Shown piece by piece: positions 1 through 13,379 of a DNA stretch of 64,000 bases. Below the pieces are notes generated by a model. That model had not been told where the DNA came from, made no database searches, and worked only from the letters and a program-made list of their open reading frames with translations. Every line of letters begins with the position of its first letter. Position 1 is the stretch's first letter. The position numbers and the translations under genes were made by a program. Origin of the DNA: Catajapyx aquilonaris (lineage: Eukaryota); NCBI GenBank assembly GCA_000934665.2, contig JYFJ02001900.1, forward strand, positions 1 through 64,000, given 5' to 3'.

Positions 1-716
1 CCCCCCCCCCCCCCAACCCTATTTGCATTTGCGAGCTACGTTTATTTTCTTGCAAACCTCACAGAGCGAGGCCGTTTATTATCGACTTTTTCATTTTTTT
101 TTTCTTGTTTGTCTCCCAGAGCTGCACATTTCGTGGTGGAGAAAACACTGATTATGCATCGCGTAGAGGAGAATATTGCTACTCTTCTTAGCAAACCTGT
201 CGTTGGCTAATTATGTGAATATGTCAGAAAAATATGCTAACTTTGCTGTTACACACTGTACTTGTGAGAACCTATCCGATTTCACTCCCTTCCACGGTTT
301 CCATGGGAGTATCGTGGATTACCTGTGCTCCACGTACTGTACACCCGTGCATTCGTCAATGACAGCAATACAATCCAGCACAGTACCTAATTAGTCCGCA
401 TAATTAATACACACGGTTCCATCATGTTTTGTGTGGGTAGATCACTGGTGCAACAATGTCAATAGGCTCGGACAAGAGGTTATCACTCGTGAATGGAGTG
501 TGGTCAGGTGATAATTACCACCATCATTGTACTACTCTGCAGGACTTGGCCATTATACGTTACGAAAACTAAAAAAATCGATGCCTGTTACTGACATTAA
601 TTAGGTACTACAATGATTTTTTTGAGGTACGTAGTTATAATTAGGCAGAATCTGACAGGCTCCTATCAGGATGGATGATCTATAGGAATAAATTGTATTT
701 GTCCCTTTCTCGGCAG

Positions 717-2106
717 GACTTCCTGTCCATCCTGTCCCAGGTGTCCCGCGGGTCGGTGCAGGACAAGCTCCAGTGGATCTTCGGCCTGTACGACCTGAAC
801 GGCGACGGCCTCATCACAAAGGAGGAAATGCAGGATGTGGTCAAGTCCATCTACGAAATGCTTGGCAGAAACACGGAGCCAGTCGTGGAAGCAAACTCGG
901 CAAAGGAACACGTCGAAAGGATATTCCACGTGAGTACTGAAAAAAAAAAAAAAAATCTGCGGGTTCACACGAGGATCGCTGTCGACTCGATCGTATATGA
1001 TCACAACTTTCGCTTAATTAAAATTAGCCCCATGAGGACTATCTGTGCTGTAATAATTCACGTCAACGGTAAACACAGGGTATGTAAAACCAGGCGTGTA
1101 CGTATTATTCGCGTATGTCCCTCGAGTGAAGGTACGCCAAAGCTTGTCATGTCATACGCAGGGGCTGTGAGGTCAGACGGTAATTTTTGCACGCGAGCGG
1201 CAACACAGGGTTGACACCTGCACGCCTCGAACAAGAAAGGCAATATTACTATTTGTCGGGCAGACTGATCGTGTTTGCATGTCAATAGTGGGTAGGAACC
1301 AGCAATATCGATCATCCCTGCATGTAAGCCCTAAAGCCACTGACGATTGTAACACGGACGTAAAATTCGCTCAAGTGCTTCCCAATTCGAAAGTGAAACT
1401 AATGACCAGGCTTTATACGCACTGATATAGTGAGACTTACGACAGTAATTATTTCAGAAGGGAGTCATTAATAGCCGGATCAATAATGCAGTGCAGGTAT
1501 TGGCGTATTATTTTAGAAAGGTGGGTTGTAATTTTATCCCGCGATGCATACCGAACCCGGCTTAATTAGGCAGCTCATTGACATCATCCGCGCCAATTTG
1601 CCCGACCCTTCAATGAACGTCGGCGTTGCCATGCTGGCTCAATTTTATTACTTGCTCTCTATACACGTACTACATTTATCAGATCGGAAGGCTCAAACCG
1701 AAACCCAAGTGATATGCAATCTGCATTCATATCATTAAATAATCACATTCAATTAATATTTTTTAATTTGTTTTAACTTTCGGGTACGAAAACTTTTCAT
1801 GGTTGTTCACACCTATACGCTGCTTCTTTCATTAATATTCTCCAAGCGGTTTTCCATATTTTTTAAACAAATGTCCGAAAATCCTCATTAATTGCAATTA
1901 GCATCGCCAGAAATACTCGCGATATTCACAATGGTGGTGATGTGTACAGTATACTCATCAGATTTCTTATCGTGCACTTCTGTTCCTTACCACAGCAAAT
2001 CGACACGAACAAGGACGGTGTAGTGACGATCGACGAACTAGTGCAGTGGTGCTCCAGAGATGAGCGCATCCTGCAGTCCCTCAACACCCTCGACACCGTC
2101 TTATGA
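717..2106 (+). CDS. KChIP: Kv channel-interacting protein / neuronal calcium sensor (KChIP-like), last two coding exons (717-929, 1996-2106); 5' part lies outside the window
   Basis: AG|717 and 929|GT, AG|1996, stop TGA 2104-2106. The spliced peptide DFLSILSQVSRGSVQDKLQWIFGLYDLNGDGLITKEEM...HVERIFH|QIDTNKDGVVTIDELVQWCSRDERILQSLNTLDTVL* has EF-hand loops DLNGDGLITKEE and DTNKDGVVTIDE and the recoverin/KChIP-type C-terminus. Confidence 0.9.
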
Positions 2107-4894
2107 GTGTCTCCCAGACGCGTCTCAGCGCGCGGTCCGGACGCGTTCGAACGCCGGCGACAATGGAAGGACCAGTCCGAACTTCATCACGAAGGGTCGT
2201 GAATGTCTCTAACGTCGTCTTGGTTTTTTTTTAACTAAATAACTTCGCCAATCGTACGATGTAGTTGATGTTCTTTAATAACTACACGAAGAAAGAGCGG
2301 AACTTTCGCAAATGCAGCCGTCACGGAAACTATGCTGCTTAACATAATAACAATTAAATGTTCTTTCTACCGCTGTACTTACTGATGGTCATTCAACTTT
2401 TTTTGAATTGAACCAGTGACTGTCACTTCGTTAGGGTTATTCACGGCCCGTTAAATCAGCGTTCGGTAATTTACCTCCTCTGTAAATTTAATCCTTTAAT
2501 AACGGTACGTTTGTTGCTGCTGGATTTAGGGACCGTTGTACCAATGCAGGTATGTGACATTACCTTCGTGCTCCAAACAATTCCACGTACACAGTTAGTA
2601 ACAAGGATAATAAAACCAGCAGCAGAGCTATAGCCTGTCCTTACTCAAAAGTAGAGCCTTGCGAACACTGGTACCGACTCTGTATGTCCTGGAACCAACA
2701 CTCTTGAGTCATTTGCTCTCCAAATTTCTCACAAAATAATAATCGAATTGCTTTCCACGGAGAGTAAGTGACTTAAGAGCGTCGGTACATGCAAGTCATG
2801 TATACATGTCATTTTTCCTCGCACGCAATTCAACGACATGTTTGTCTTCTTTTTACCATTTGTTAAGCTTGTTTGTACGTTTGACTGGGTATCCTCCGAT
2901 GATTTACTGCCCTGCCAATGAACCCATCTTTTTACGTGCATTACAATTCTGGCCACTCAAAAAATATAATACATACTGTATATTACAATAATTATGTCGA
3001 AAAAATGTTTAAAAAAAGTGGCTGTTAGGAATCGTGCCTACGAGCAGGAAGTTACGCAGGAACTTCAACTCTACAAGGTGCCAACTGTTCTAGACATATA
3101 ACTTTCTCTCTAGGAGTGTACGACGGACAAGTAGAACTTGATAACAGCAATAACGTATATTATAATCTCAAAAAAAAGAGAGGTTGATATGTAGGGACAT
3201 TGTGTCATAACTTACAACTCGGAATGTACATGTTCTATGCAAAAAAGAAAAATATACATGTAGGATGATTTCGGGTGGAACAGAAGCTCGCAACTTCTAC
3301 GTATACTGTAGCTCTTCCAAACAAAAAAAAAGGGGTCGCACGCTTGGGGGGGCCAAAACTGTTTCAATAAATAAAAAAGTTAGATGCGACGGATGACTCC
3401 GGATTTCACTGAACTTTTAATCGTGAACAGTACATTTTTAAGAAGCAGTTTCGTTCCCTCAGCTGTGCCCTTTTGAAAATCTATACCGTGTTTTTGCATG
3501 TGCTTTTAAAACTGCGTTGAAACTGGATGTGCCCAAAGGCAGACAGGAATGAATAAATAAACAAATGTCGCGTGCCACAAGTAATCTGGTAATGACCTCT
3601 GCTGCACGTTACAGTTCAGGTCATACATCATAATAAGCAAAGCACGTTGAGAGAGTTTCTCTCCCGGTTTTTTGGATGGTCCAATGCGCTGCAGTCATAT
3701 TGATTAGATTAGCTCAAGGAGAAACTGGAGCCACCTATTCTCCGGAGACGAAACTATATAGGAAACAATACAGTTGCTACAAACTTTACAAAAACACAGA
3801 ACCAAAAAAATAATGAAAACGTAACATATCCGACATTTTGATGTATTTCAACAAACAATGATGCATCATTCTCTCTCTCTCTAAATCCGGAAGAGCTCGG
3901 AGCTACTTCTTGTATAATAAGCAAATGCATGAGGTATGTTACTTAGCCACATTAACAATATTGTGTAACACTTACTGTAGTGAATGTGTAACAACACTAT
4001 GCATTCCTCCCTTTATAAGTGTACGTCACTAAGAACGTATGGTGCTCTAATGCTGTGGGATCATATCTGTGTACTTAGGACCACGAAATAATAATAATAA
4101 TAATGTCGTCTTATAATTATATTCTTCTCGAGATTTGAACCCCCACAGTCTATTTAACTCCCCCTCCGCCCCTATACTCAGGCATGTTAATTAAACATGC
4201 AAAAACCCTCCTACACACTGCGTAGCACTTAATCGTAGCACAGAACCTCTATATTTAAATAAATGAAAAAGGTAATGAATACTGTAAATACCCATCACTC
4301 GTGCATGTCTAATCACTAAACTTCATTATTCAATTCGTATATTGTAAACGTCCGTTGCAAATCATCCTATCCTTCTGTTAATTATGTTAGGAAATAAACA
4401 TTATCGTTCTCTATATCTGGGTGGTGTTTGTTTCCTTCAAACTGATTTTTTTTATTGTTTTCTTATAAGCACGTTTTCATAACGTTGTGCAATTCACAGG
4501 TCAGCGACAAGTAGTCTTAATCCATATTATCGCAACTTCTGCAGGGTGTTCCAGAATAATGTGAGATCTTGAAAATATGCGCGTGCCAATGTCTTACTGT
4601 CACTCTCGGCAACACAACCACCAGTAACATGTGCCCATTTTGAATCACAGCTTACACGGAATGGTGCTATGTCCTCATTCTAACGGCGTCATTATTGTCC
4701 ATGCAGGAGCTAATTACGGAACACCCGGTAGTTGTGGGGGTCAGAAAAAAAGGGGCAATCATTGAAGTATGAACCCAAACATGATTGCGTATTCTACTAT
4801 CGGACAAGGTGTAGTCTTGTGTCTCTGCTGATAAGATTAAATGTCGTCTTGAGGGGAAAAGAGAACAACCAGATTCGGACACCGACTCTTCACC

Positions 4895-7309
4895 ATGGTG
4901 GAATCCTCTTTCGGAGTGGTGGACTACATTGTGTTAATTGGTTCGTTGGTGTTCTCAATCCTCATCGGAGTTTACTATGCGTTCGTCAAAAAGCAGGAGA
5001 CCAACGAAGACCTGTTGGTCGGAGGAAGGTCCATGTCCATGGTGCCAGTGGCCTTCTCCATGATGATCACCTACACCTCAGCCATCTTGGTTTTAGGTTC
5101 GTATACAATGTGCATAAGCGTCTATCTTCCACGTATACTTAATGCACGGTGATCTTCCAGGTACCCCTGCGGAAATCTACCAATATGGCAATCTCATATA
5201 CGCCTTCACTATCGAATCATTCGTCTTCGTGCCGCTGAGCTGCTTCATCCTCGTTCCTGTCTTCTACAACCTGAGGCTGACCAGCGTCAACGAGGTGAGT
5301 GATTAATTTCCACGTTATACATCTAGCCTAATCTGACAGAGTGAGTTTCCACTTATTCCAAGTACTTGGAGCTCCGATTCGACTCCCTGACGGTCCGGTG
5401 GGTCACTTCGGCCACGTTTATATTGGAGATGGTAATGTACATGGGCCTGGTCCTGTACACCCCGACCCTGGCCATGCAGACCTTCCTTGGTGTCCCGATG
5501 TGGGCGTCCATCCTGGTGGTCGGAGGGTGCGCCACCCTCTACACGGCCATCGGAGGACTGAGGGCTGTGGTGTGGACGGACGTCTTCCAGGCCCTGGTGG
5601 TCCTCCTGGGCATGGTGGCCATCTTGACCAAGGCCCTCATCAATGTCGGGGGATTCGCTAGAGCCTTCGAGATCGCCTCCGAGCACGGCCGTCTCCAGTG
5701 GGTCGACTTCAACCCGAGTCCTTTCATCAGGCAGAACACGTGGACCATCTTCTTCGGAAGCGGACTCATCACTCTCTGCCTCTGCTCAACCCACCAGCCT
5801 CAAGTGCAGCGGTACTCAAGCATGGGATCTCTCAAGCATGCTCTCGGGTACCGTATACGACGGACTGCAGTTATGTCCACGTCTAATCACAATTGGTCAA
5901 TATGATTATTCCAGTGCGATGATGCTGACCATCCCGATGCACTTTGTGATCTTCACCCTGGCCTGCCTGACCGGAATCGCCATCTTCGCCAACTACGCCG
6001 GATGCGACCCACTGGAGAGGGGACTGATCAGCCGGATAGACGAGATCGTCCCTTATTTCGTGGTGGACCAGCTGTCCATGGTCACCGGGATGATGGGCCT
6101 CTTCCTCTCCTGTCTCTTCAGCGCCTCTCTCAGCACGCTCTCCTCCGGGCTCAACTCAATGGCTGCAGTCACCTGGGAGGACTTCTGCAGCAAGATGGAC
6201 TACTTCGACAACATGTCCAAGAAGCAGCAGGCCACCGTCACCAAGATCCTGTGTATGTCTCAAAGCCTGCAGGTTGTCCATTCATTGACTGCCAGTTATC
6301 TAAGGGCATAATGACTCCTTATATTTCCAGCATTTTTATTCGGAATCCTGTCCATCGGGTTCGCGTTCATTGCCAGCAGTCTTGGAGCCATATTCGCAGC
6401 GTCTATTACACTATCTGGGGCCGTTATCGGACCCCTCGGTGGCGTCTTTTTTCTCGGTATATTCCTGCCGTTTGTCAACAAATGGGTAAGCAGATATTGC
6501 CTGCAGATTGATAAGTGACCTCATAAATCATCGTGCAGGAAATGTATGTGGACTCTAATGAAATAGTTGCTTTCAGGGAGCCATGACTGGAATAATAGTT
6601 GGACACGCCATCACCATATGGATATGCGTAGGAAGTTTGATATACGGTGGAAATCACGTCCCTTTGCCAACTAATGCAGACCACTGTCCTGATGCAATTA
6701 ATTCCACCATGGTAATGATCGCGATTACTCCAATTCTGCATTAATATTAGTTGAGAAAGCTGTCAGCTTTATTACTGATAACTATAACTTTTGACTAACC
6801 AAGCTGTTACAGCAGCCATGTAAAATAAAGTAACTCACCGCGGTCATTTGCCATTCTTGTAGATTTCGACAATGACGCCAATCACCACAACACCGTACCC
6901 ATCCACGGAAGATCTGTGAGCATTTAATATTTAAATTTTTTTGCGGCCCAATAATTTATTTGTTCATCTTGTTTTGCAGGGGTTGGCCGGAAAAACTGTA
7001 CACAATTTCGTACTTGCTGTATGCAGTGATTGGGACTGTTATCACCATCGTGGTTGGAGTCATCGTATCGCTATGCACTAGTAAGAATAAGTTAACACTT
7101 TCATCCACTTCAGCCTGTAACATATATTTTTCTGCCCATGTTTCTTTTCAGACCCGAGTTCGATGCCAGAAAGCAAGGAAAAATACATCCATCCAACTGT
7201 GGTGAGGTTCTGTAAGTACATCAGGAGGCGAAAGCTGGGCAGCAGGATCTACAGTCCTGTCCAGCTTAGGGTGGACGCCAAAGAAAACAACCTCCAGTCC
7301 AAAATGTGA
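4895..7309 (+). CDS. SLC5 sodium:solute symporter (SMCT/SLC5A8/12/NIS-like), paralog 1; 9 exons: 4895-5096, 5161-5294, 5363-5847, 5915-6252, 6331-6485, 6577-6711, 6863-6915, 6980-7080, 7152-7309
   Basis: All introns are GT..AG and the spliced frame is open. SSF motifs: LLVGGRSMS..PVAFS, YLELRFD, YTAIGGLRAVVWTDVFQ, QVQRYSS, YAGCDP, LFSASLSTLSSGLNSMAAVTWEDF, GPLGGVFFLG. Confidence 0.93.
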
Positions 7310-8307
7310 CACGAGCATCACGCAGTAGTGAATAATGTCGCAAGTCGTGCAAAAACACAAAATTCGGCATAATTTGAAGAGGAGAAACCTTTTCATTCTC
7401 ACATGCTGTACCGAGTATTAAGTGTTTATGGTGCATCTGCATGGTGTCCTCCAATACAGCTCATAAACCATCACCATCAGTGGAAAAAAACAACTCCCAA
7501 TACAATACTCATCACAACACTAAAATATTCTCCCTGCATTACTCGCCTAATTTTGCTTCATATTCGTAACAGCGAAATTTATCCATAAAATACATGTTGT
7601 TTTTAAAGTTGTAGACAATATTACTGTGTCGATTGCGGATACATATTATTACAATGCACACAATCGTTCTCATAACTGCCACTCGACTGTTACATCCTAA
7701 CGTATTAGCCCGATATCATCTTGCATATACTGTATGCCCATAACATACTGTAATAAATCTTGAGTGCTCTTTCATCCCTTAAGTTTGCAGCTCCTTATCC
7801 CATTTGTTGATCTCTGGCGGCCGAATCGACAGGCACTTACTGCTTCAATGATTAATAGAGTGTGTGACAAGGTATAGTGTTGCGACAGGTCAGTGAAATA
7901 CTTTCGTTTGATGCCGTGATTTCCAGCACTAGCGACTATTGACCACAATCTGAAATCTCCGCTGTAATGTATACAAATACAGTGGCATCGCGACTGTACA
8001 GTACTGCGCAAGTAGCTCATACAATATTTACAGAGAGTACTATTGTATTCCTATTTTATAGCTTAGCACCACACACACTATGATTCAGTCCATAGTAAAA
8101 GAGTATGCCGCCGTATCCAAAAGGTCAGTACGGCTGTGATGGACGTGATTCTTAATCTATATCGATTTTTACAACGGAGCGTAGATAAAATCCTTCACAC
8201 CTCACAGCCGGTATTCTATCGTTGCTGGGCTTGGACTGCACCTGATAAGATAAGGCTTCATTGGCAAGGAGCATTAGTGATCGAGTCGAGCTCCTCCTGG
8301 GAAGAGC

Positions 8308-10874
8308 ATGGGTTCCCCGGTATTCACAGTGCTGGACTACATCGTGCTCGTGGGTTCTCTTGTGCTGGCGATCCTCGTTGGAGTGTACTATGCCTTCATC
8401 AAAAAGCAAGAGACCAACGAAGACCTATTGGTCGGAGGACGGTCCCTCTCCGTCATACCAGTCGCGTTCTCCATTATGGTCACCTACATATCAGCCATTA
8501 CAGTATTAGGTACAGTACGTGTGCTCCCCAATGAAGTAGAGCCATGACGACAGCAACGACCCTTTTCCTTGCAGGTACCCCTGCTGAAGTGTACTACCAT
8601 GGATCACTTATAATAACCTTCGTAATTGAAGGCATGCTGTTTGTACCAATCAGCTGCTTCCTGTTCGTGCCTGTCTTTTACAAGCTTCAGTTGACAAGCA
8701 TTAACGAGGTTGGTACAGCGTCGGGATTACGGGAAGTGTCCTTATTGATATCATAACGTATTGTTCACAAGTATTTAGAATGGAGGTTCGATTCGGTGGC
8801 GGTCAGATGGCTGACATCAGTGACCTTCATAGTGGAGACGGTCACGGGCATGGGGATAGTCCTATTCGCCCCCACCCTGGCCATGCAGACCTTCCTGGGG
8901 ATTCCCATCTGGGCCTCGATCCTGATTGTCGGAGGCTGCGGGACAGTGTACACCGCCATAGGGGGTCTGAAAGCAGTCGTGTGGACCGATGCCTTCCAGG
9001 CCCTCGTGGTGCTGGTAGGCATGACCGCCATCATCGTCAAGTCCCTCATCAGCGTCGGAGGCATCTCAAGGGCCTTCCAGATCGCCGAGGAACACGGCCG
9101 ACTCCAGTTCTTCGACTGGAATCCGAGTATATTTGTGCGTCAGACCACGTTCACCATCTTTTTCGGCAGCGGGCTGATCACCATCGCTCTCTGCTCTACC
9201 CATCAGCCCATGGTGCAGAGGTACTCGGGGATGTCTTCCATCAAAAAAGCTATGGGGTGAGTATCCTACTGTACGATCTGTGTGATGCAACGAAATTTTA
9301 CCCAGCCGTCAATACATGTTGGTAAGCACACATACGGAATATTTTTTGTGTTGGAATAGGTCCAGGGTTCGAGACCTACGTATATGCTGGAGCTGCTGGC
9401 GTCACGGTCAGTCTAAAGTTCACACAGATGCACATATTTAATTCCAGAGCGATGATGCTGTCCATTCCCATCTACTTCTGCACGTTCCTGATGTCAATGC
9501 TGGCGGGCATCACCATATTCGCCTACTATGCTGGCTGTGATCCGCTGGCGAGAGGAGACATATCGCGACCGGACGAGATCGTGCCTTACTACGTTGCTGA
9601 AGAGCTGTCGGCGGTCAACGGAATGATGGGGCTCTTCATGGCGGCCCTCTTCAGTGCCTCTCTCAGCACGGTTTCCTCCGGATTCAACTCTCTGGCAGCA
9701 GTCACTTGGGAAGACTTCTTCGCCAAGTCCAAGTACTTCGAGAGCATGTCGCAGCAAAGGCAAGGGAGCGTCACCAAGTGTCTCTGTAAGTTCATATAGT
9801 GACAGCATCCGCCATTTCACATGTTGGTGACAATCATGGTGTTTTCAGCTGCATTCTACGGGGTGCTGTCCATGGGATTCGCCTTCCTTGCGACGGGATT
9901 CGGAGAAATCTTCGCAGCTTCATTCTCCATATCTGGCGCCATCATTGGGCCTCTGGGAGGAGTGTTCATGCTCGGACTGCTGTTTCCATTCGTCAACAAA
10001 TGGGTAAAACTGTTTCGACACTAGCGTTATTAGCTAACGTTACAACAAAATGTATTTTTCTGCAAGGGAGCATCCATCGGAATGATAGTTGGACATGCAG
10101 TGACCCTATGGATCTACGCAGGCGCGTTGCTTATGGGAGGTCAGCACGACCCTCTTCCAACCAGAACTGACCAGTGCCCAGGGTCATCCAATTATTCCAC
10201 AGTAAGTCGGTATATACACCTCACATGATTAAAATTGCCTGAATACTGAACCGCACGAGTACGGTTCATCACCCTTGTTTTTTTGCATCGCAATCGCGTC
10301 TGAATTACGCACATTTCCTTTCAGATCATGTCCAGTATTCCTACAAGCAGTTCAATTATGCCAAGGGAATATTCCACCGCCTTCTCAAATTCAACGGCTC
10401 ATTCCGAGGACGAAAGGTAAGAATCCAGCTTACAAGATATTCCAAATGTCCTTCTGCACAACTTCGCCTCGATTGACTAGAGGTTGGCAATCCACCGATG
10501 CAGCTGTCCAACATGGAACGTTTAATTTAACTCTCTGCTTCTTTAAATTGCAGCGAATGGCCAGAAAAGCTGTTCAAAATGTCATACTTGCTGTACGCAG
10601 CGGTTGGGATGCTCACCACAGTCATTGTGGGCATATTAGTGTCGCTGGTTACAAGTAAGTCCACATTAATTACGACATTTGCAGTTGCGACTTAACCTGC
10701 TGGTTTTTAACCATTTCAGAACCGAGTTCGTTGCCTGAGAGAAAAGAACGGCTGATTCATCCATGGGTGGTGCGGCTGTACAAATTCATAAGACGAGTCC
10801 GATATGGGGATATGAGGTACAAGGCCGTGGAAGTTAAATTGGAAAAGCGAGAAAGTAATTTATACATCACCTAG
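8308..10874 (+). CDS. SLC5 symporter (SMCT-like), paralog 2; 9 exons: 8308-8509, 8575-8708, 8772-9256, 9448-9785, 9849-10003, 10067-10201, 10325-10416, 10554-10654, 10720-10874
   Basis: Same exon structure as paralog 1. Motifs GGLKAVVWTDAFQ, MVQRYSG, LFSASLSTVSSGFNSLAAVTWEDF; stop TAG 10872-10874. Confidence 0.92.
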
Positions 10875-10875
10875 T

Positions 10876-12880
10876 CTCAAGTTTCGCAATAAAAAAAATT
10901 GAAACGTGTTACAAAGCCCCATTTCTGTTGCCAATCCTACCTTGTTTGCACGCTTCTTATCCTCTAATTGATTAGCGGGTTTATGTAAACATTGGCGATC
11001 CAGTTTAAACAACGTTAATGTTGCATTACTTTCACAAAGCAATAGTCTACTAGCAACCAACAAAAATTCATCATAACTCACAAATCACAAATAATAAATT
11101 CCCAAAGTTTTCTTTGACTTGAACCGACAATCAAAAGTACAAAAACTCATGTATACTCTCCAAAGTCAACTAACAACATCTCTTTTCATAAATTCAAAAA
11201 TATATAAATCATACAGATATACAAACTTCGCAAAAATCATTTTTCACTTCAACAGTCATTATCTGTGAGGTCATCCTCCTTTATTTGACTGTACTCTCCT
11301 TTTAAATCAACAACAGTGTCCAAAATAATTAAACCATTTTTGCAAAAAAAAAAAAATGCCCTCCAAACTAACACGTTTGGTTTCGTGTGCTAAACCATTG
11401 CTTCTTTTCTCGCACTCCCATTTTCATGTAAGTCTCTTGTAATTTCTTCCTTACAATAAATTCACTTGTCATGCACATTGCACTCTACCAAAAAAAAAAA
11501 AAAATTTTTCAAAACTCGCTTCTCTCAAAATTATCTCAAAAATTCATCCTCAGTTTCTCGCTATAGAAAATGTCTCCTCTCACTCATTCTTTTTGGAACT
11601 TGTTTCATCAGTATGCACTAACGGATTGACCAGTCCCTTATAGTGATTCGGACTAAAACAACTATTTCCCCTGTCCAAAAATTATCCTTGGTTCATTCCT
11701 ACTCTTCTATTCTTTAAACTATAACTCGCTTTGGCTTGATTTATTTAACTCTATTCATTTAATACTTATCTCCACAAATAAATTTTGCATTGCTCTTATT
11801 CCATCCTAAAATATCTCTTTCTGCACTGTCCCTATAGGTGCTAACGCTTCATTCCTACTCAGATATACGTTCTCTCCTTCCAAAGTTATTTATAACTGTT
11901 GGCACAATAATTTAACCCTCCCTTTCAGGATGTAACATAATTGTTTTGGATGAAGCTGTGATTCGGCAACCGCTTTCTCAACTCTCAGCACGCACACATG
12001 CAAAATATATACTCTCTTTTTTCTCTCTCTCTCCTTACTTCTACACTGACAATGAGTATCCTATCTCCGCCTTTCCGGCGTCCGTCTTGTCGGGCTTACG
12101 TTTTCCTTTAATGTAAGTTAAGAATATCTACTTCTTCTCACTTCCTCTCAAAAGTTCAAATCTCTTATTCTCTTTATCCCTATGCCAAAATCACATAATC
12201 TCTTGTCAAATATTTTCTACTAGCCATTTACGTGTTATTTTCTCACTTCTATTACATCTTCCCATTTGAGAGTCCTCTTCATTTTTGATCATCCTCTTCA
12301 GTTCTTGTCTATATAGTGTTGTTCTCGATGTGTCGACAGCCTTCCCTCTGTACATCGAATTATTCTCACTAATCAATTTTCTGAATTATACCAATTTTAG
12401 TGTTTTGCACAAAGTTTTTCGTCATCCTGTTTTGAGTGGACATGTAAAACCACATGCCACAACTCCACACAGTCATATCGGTTTACCTTCTTTCAAATTA
12501 CGTAACATTCTTATTTTTACTAATTTTTCTACTTTCATGGATGTAACTTCTAACCAAAAACCACTGACTTCCGTTACCACCTCCAATAATTTCCGTCAAC
12601 CTTTTGCATGATATCCGCGCTAGTTTACGCAACCTATTGATGTTCAAAATTTCTTAAAACATTCATAACTGCAACCTCAATTTCCCGGATTTCAATCTGT
12701 CTCATTTTTCTCATTACTTCGCATATTACTTTTACTCACATCACCTAGTACTGACTCCTTACCCAACAATTTCAAGAATTAAACCGCACTTATTTCCTGT
12801 ACATTGGTCATTTCGGTCACTTTGTGGTTCACCATATCCGTTTATTGCTTCTATATTCAACACTTACACTTCCTCTTGTG
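10876..12880 (-). mobile_element. Decayed, strand-skewed coding-like insertion (unidentified TE or endogenous viral remnant)
   Basis: The + strand is markedly G-poor and C/T-rich. The minus strand gives long protein-like reads broken by scattered stops (e.g. ...GYSLSV*K*GEREKKESIYFACVRAES*ESGCRITAS...). Family not recognised. Confidence 0.35.
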
Positions 12881-13379
12881 TAACTAGTCTGACTAAATGC
12901 AGGTAGAGCATGCTCTACCTATAGTCTTACTTTGAGTCATTGCTTACTATGCAAATTACTCATTTTTCTCATGGGAGTCGCTCTTCATTTCTCATGAAAA
13001 TTTCTCGCATAATACTGGCTGTAAGGCACACTCGGGCTTTTCACATTTCTTTCTCTCTCAGGACGTTTAAATTACACTCTTGTGTCTGATGCAATTGTTC
13101 TCACATCCCTATTATTATAAAGCTGAATATTTGTACATATATTTATTTATCACGCCTAAATAAGCAGCTTCCCGTGTACGGAGAGCGCTGAAATTTCTCA
13201 CACCCATGTCTTACCTATAGGTGACCCCGGGAAAAGTCCCAAAACCGCACTTTCTTGAGCCTATAAGGCCGGTTTTCAGCAGCCTTTGCAATTGCCTAGC
13301 AACCCTCGCTGTCAACAAGCCCAAAAGGAAGGATCTTCCTTCCCAACTCACATTCGAAAATAAACAACATTGCATATTT

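Noticed and set aside
5315..9325. Many overlapping alternative-frame and antisense ORFs over SLC5 exons
   Set aside because: Shadow ORFs caused by GC-rich third codon positions.
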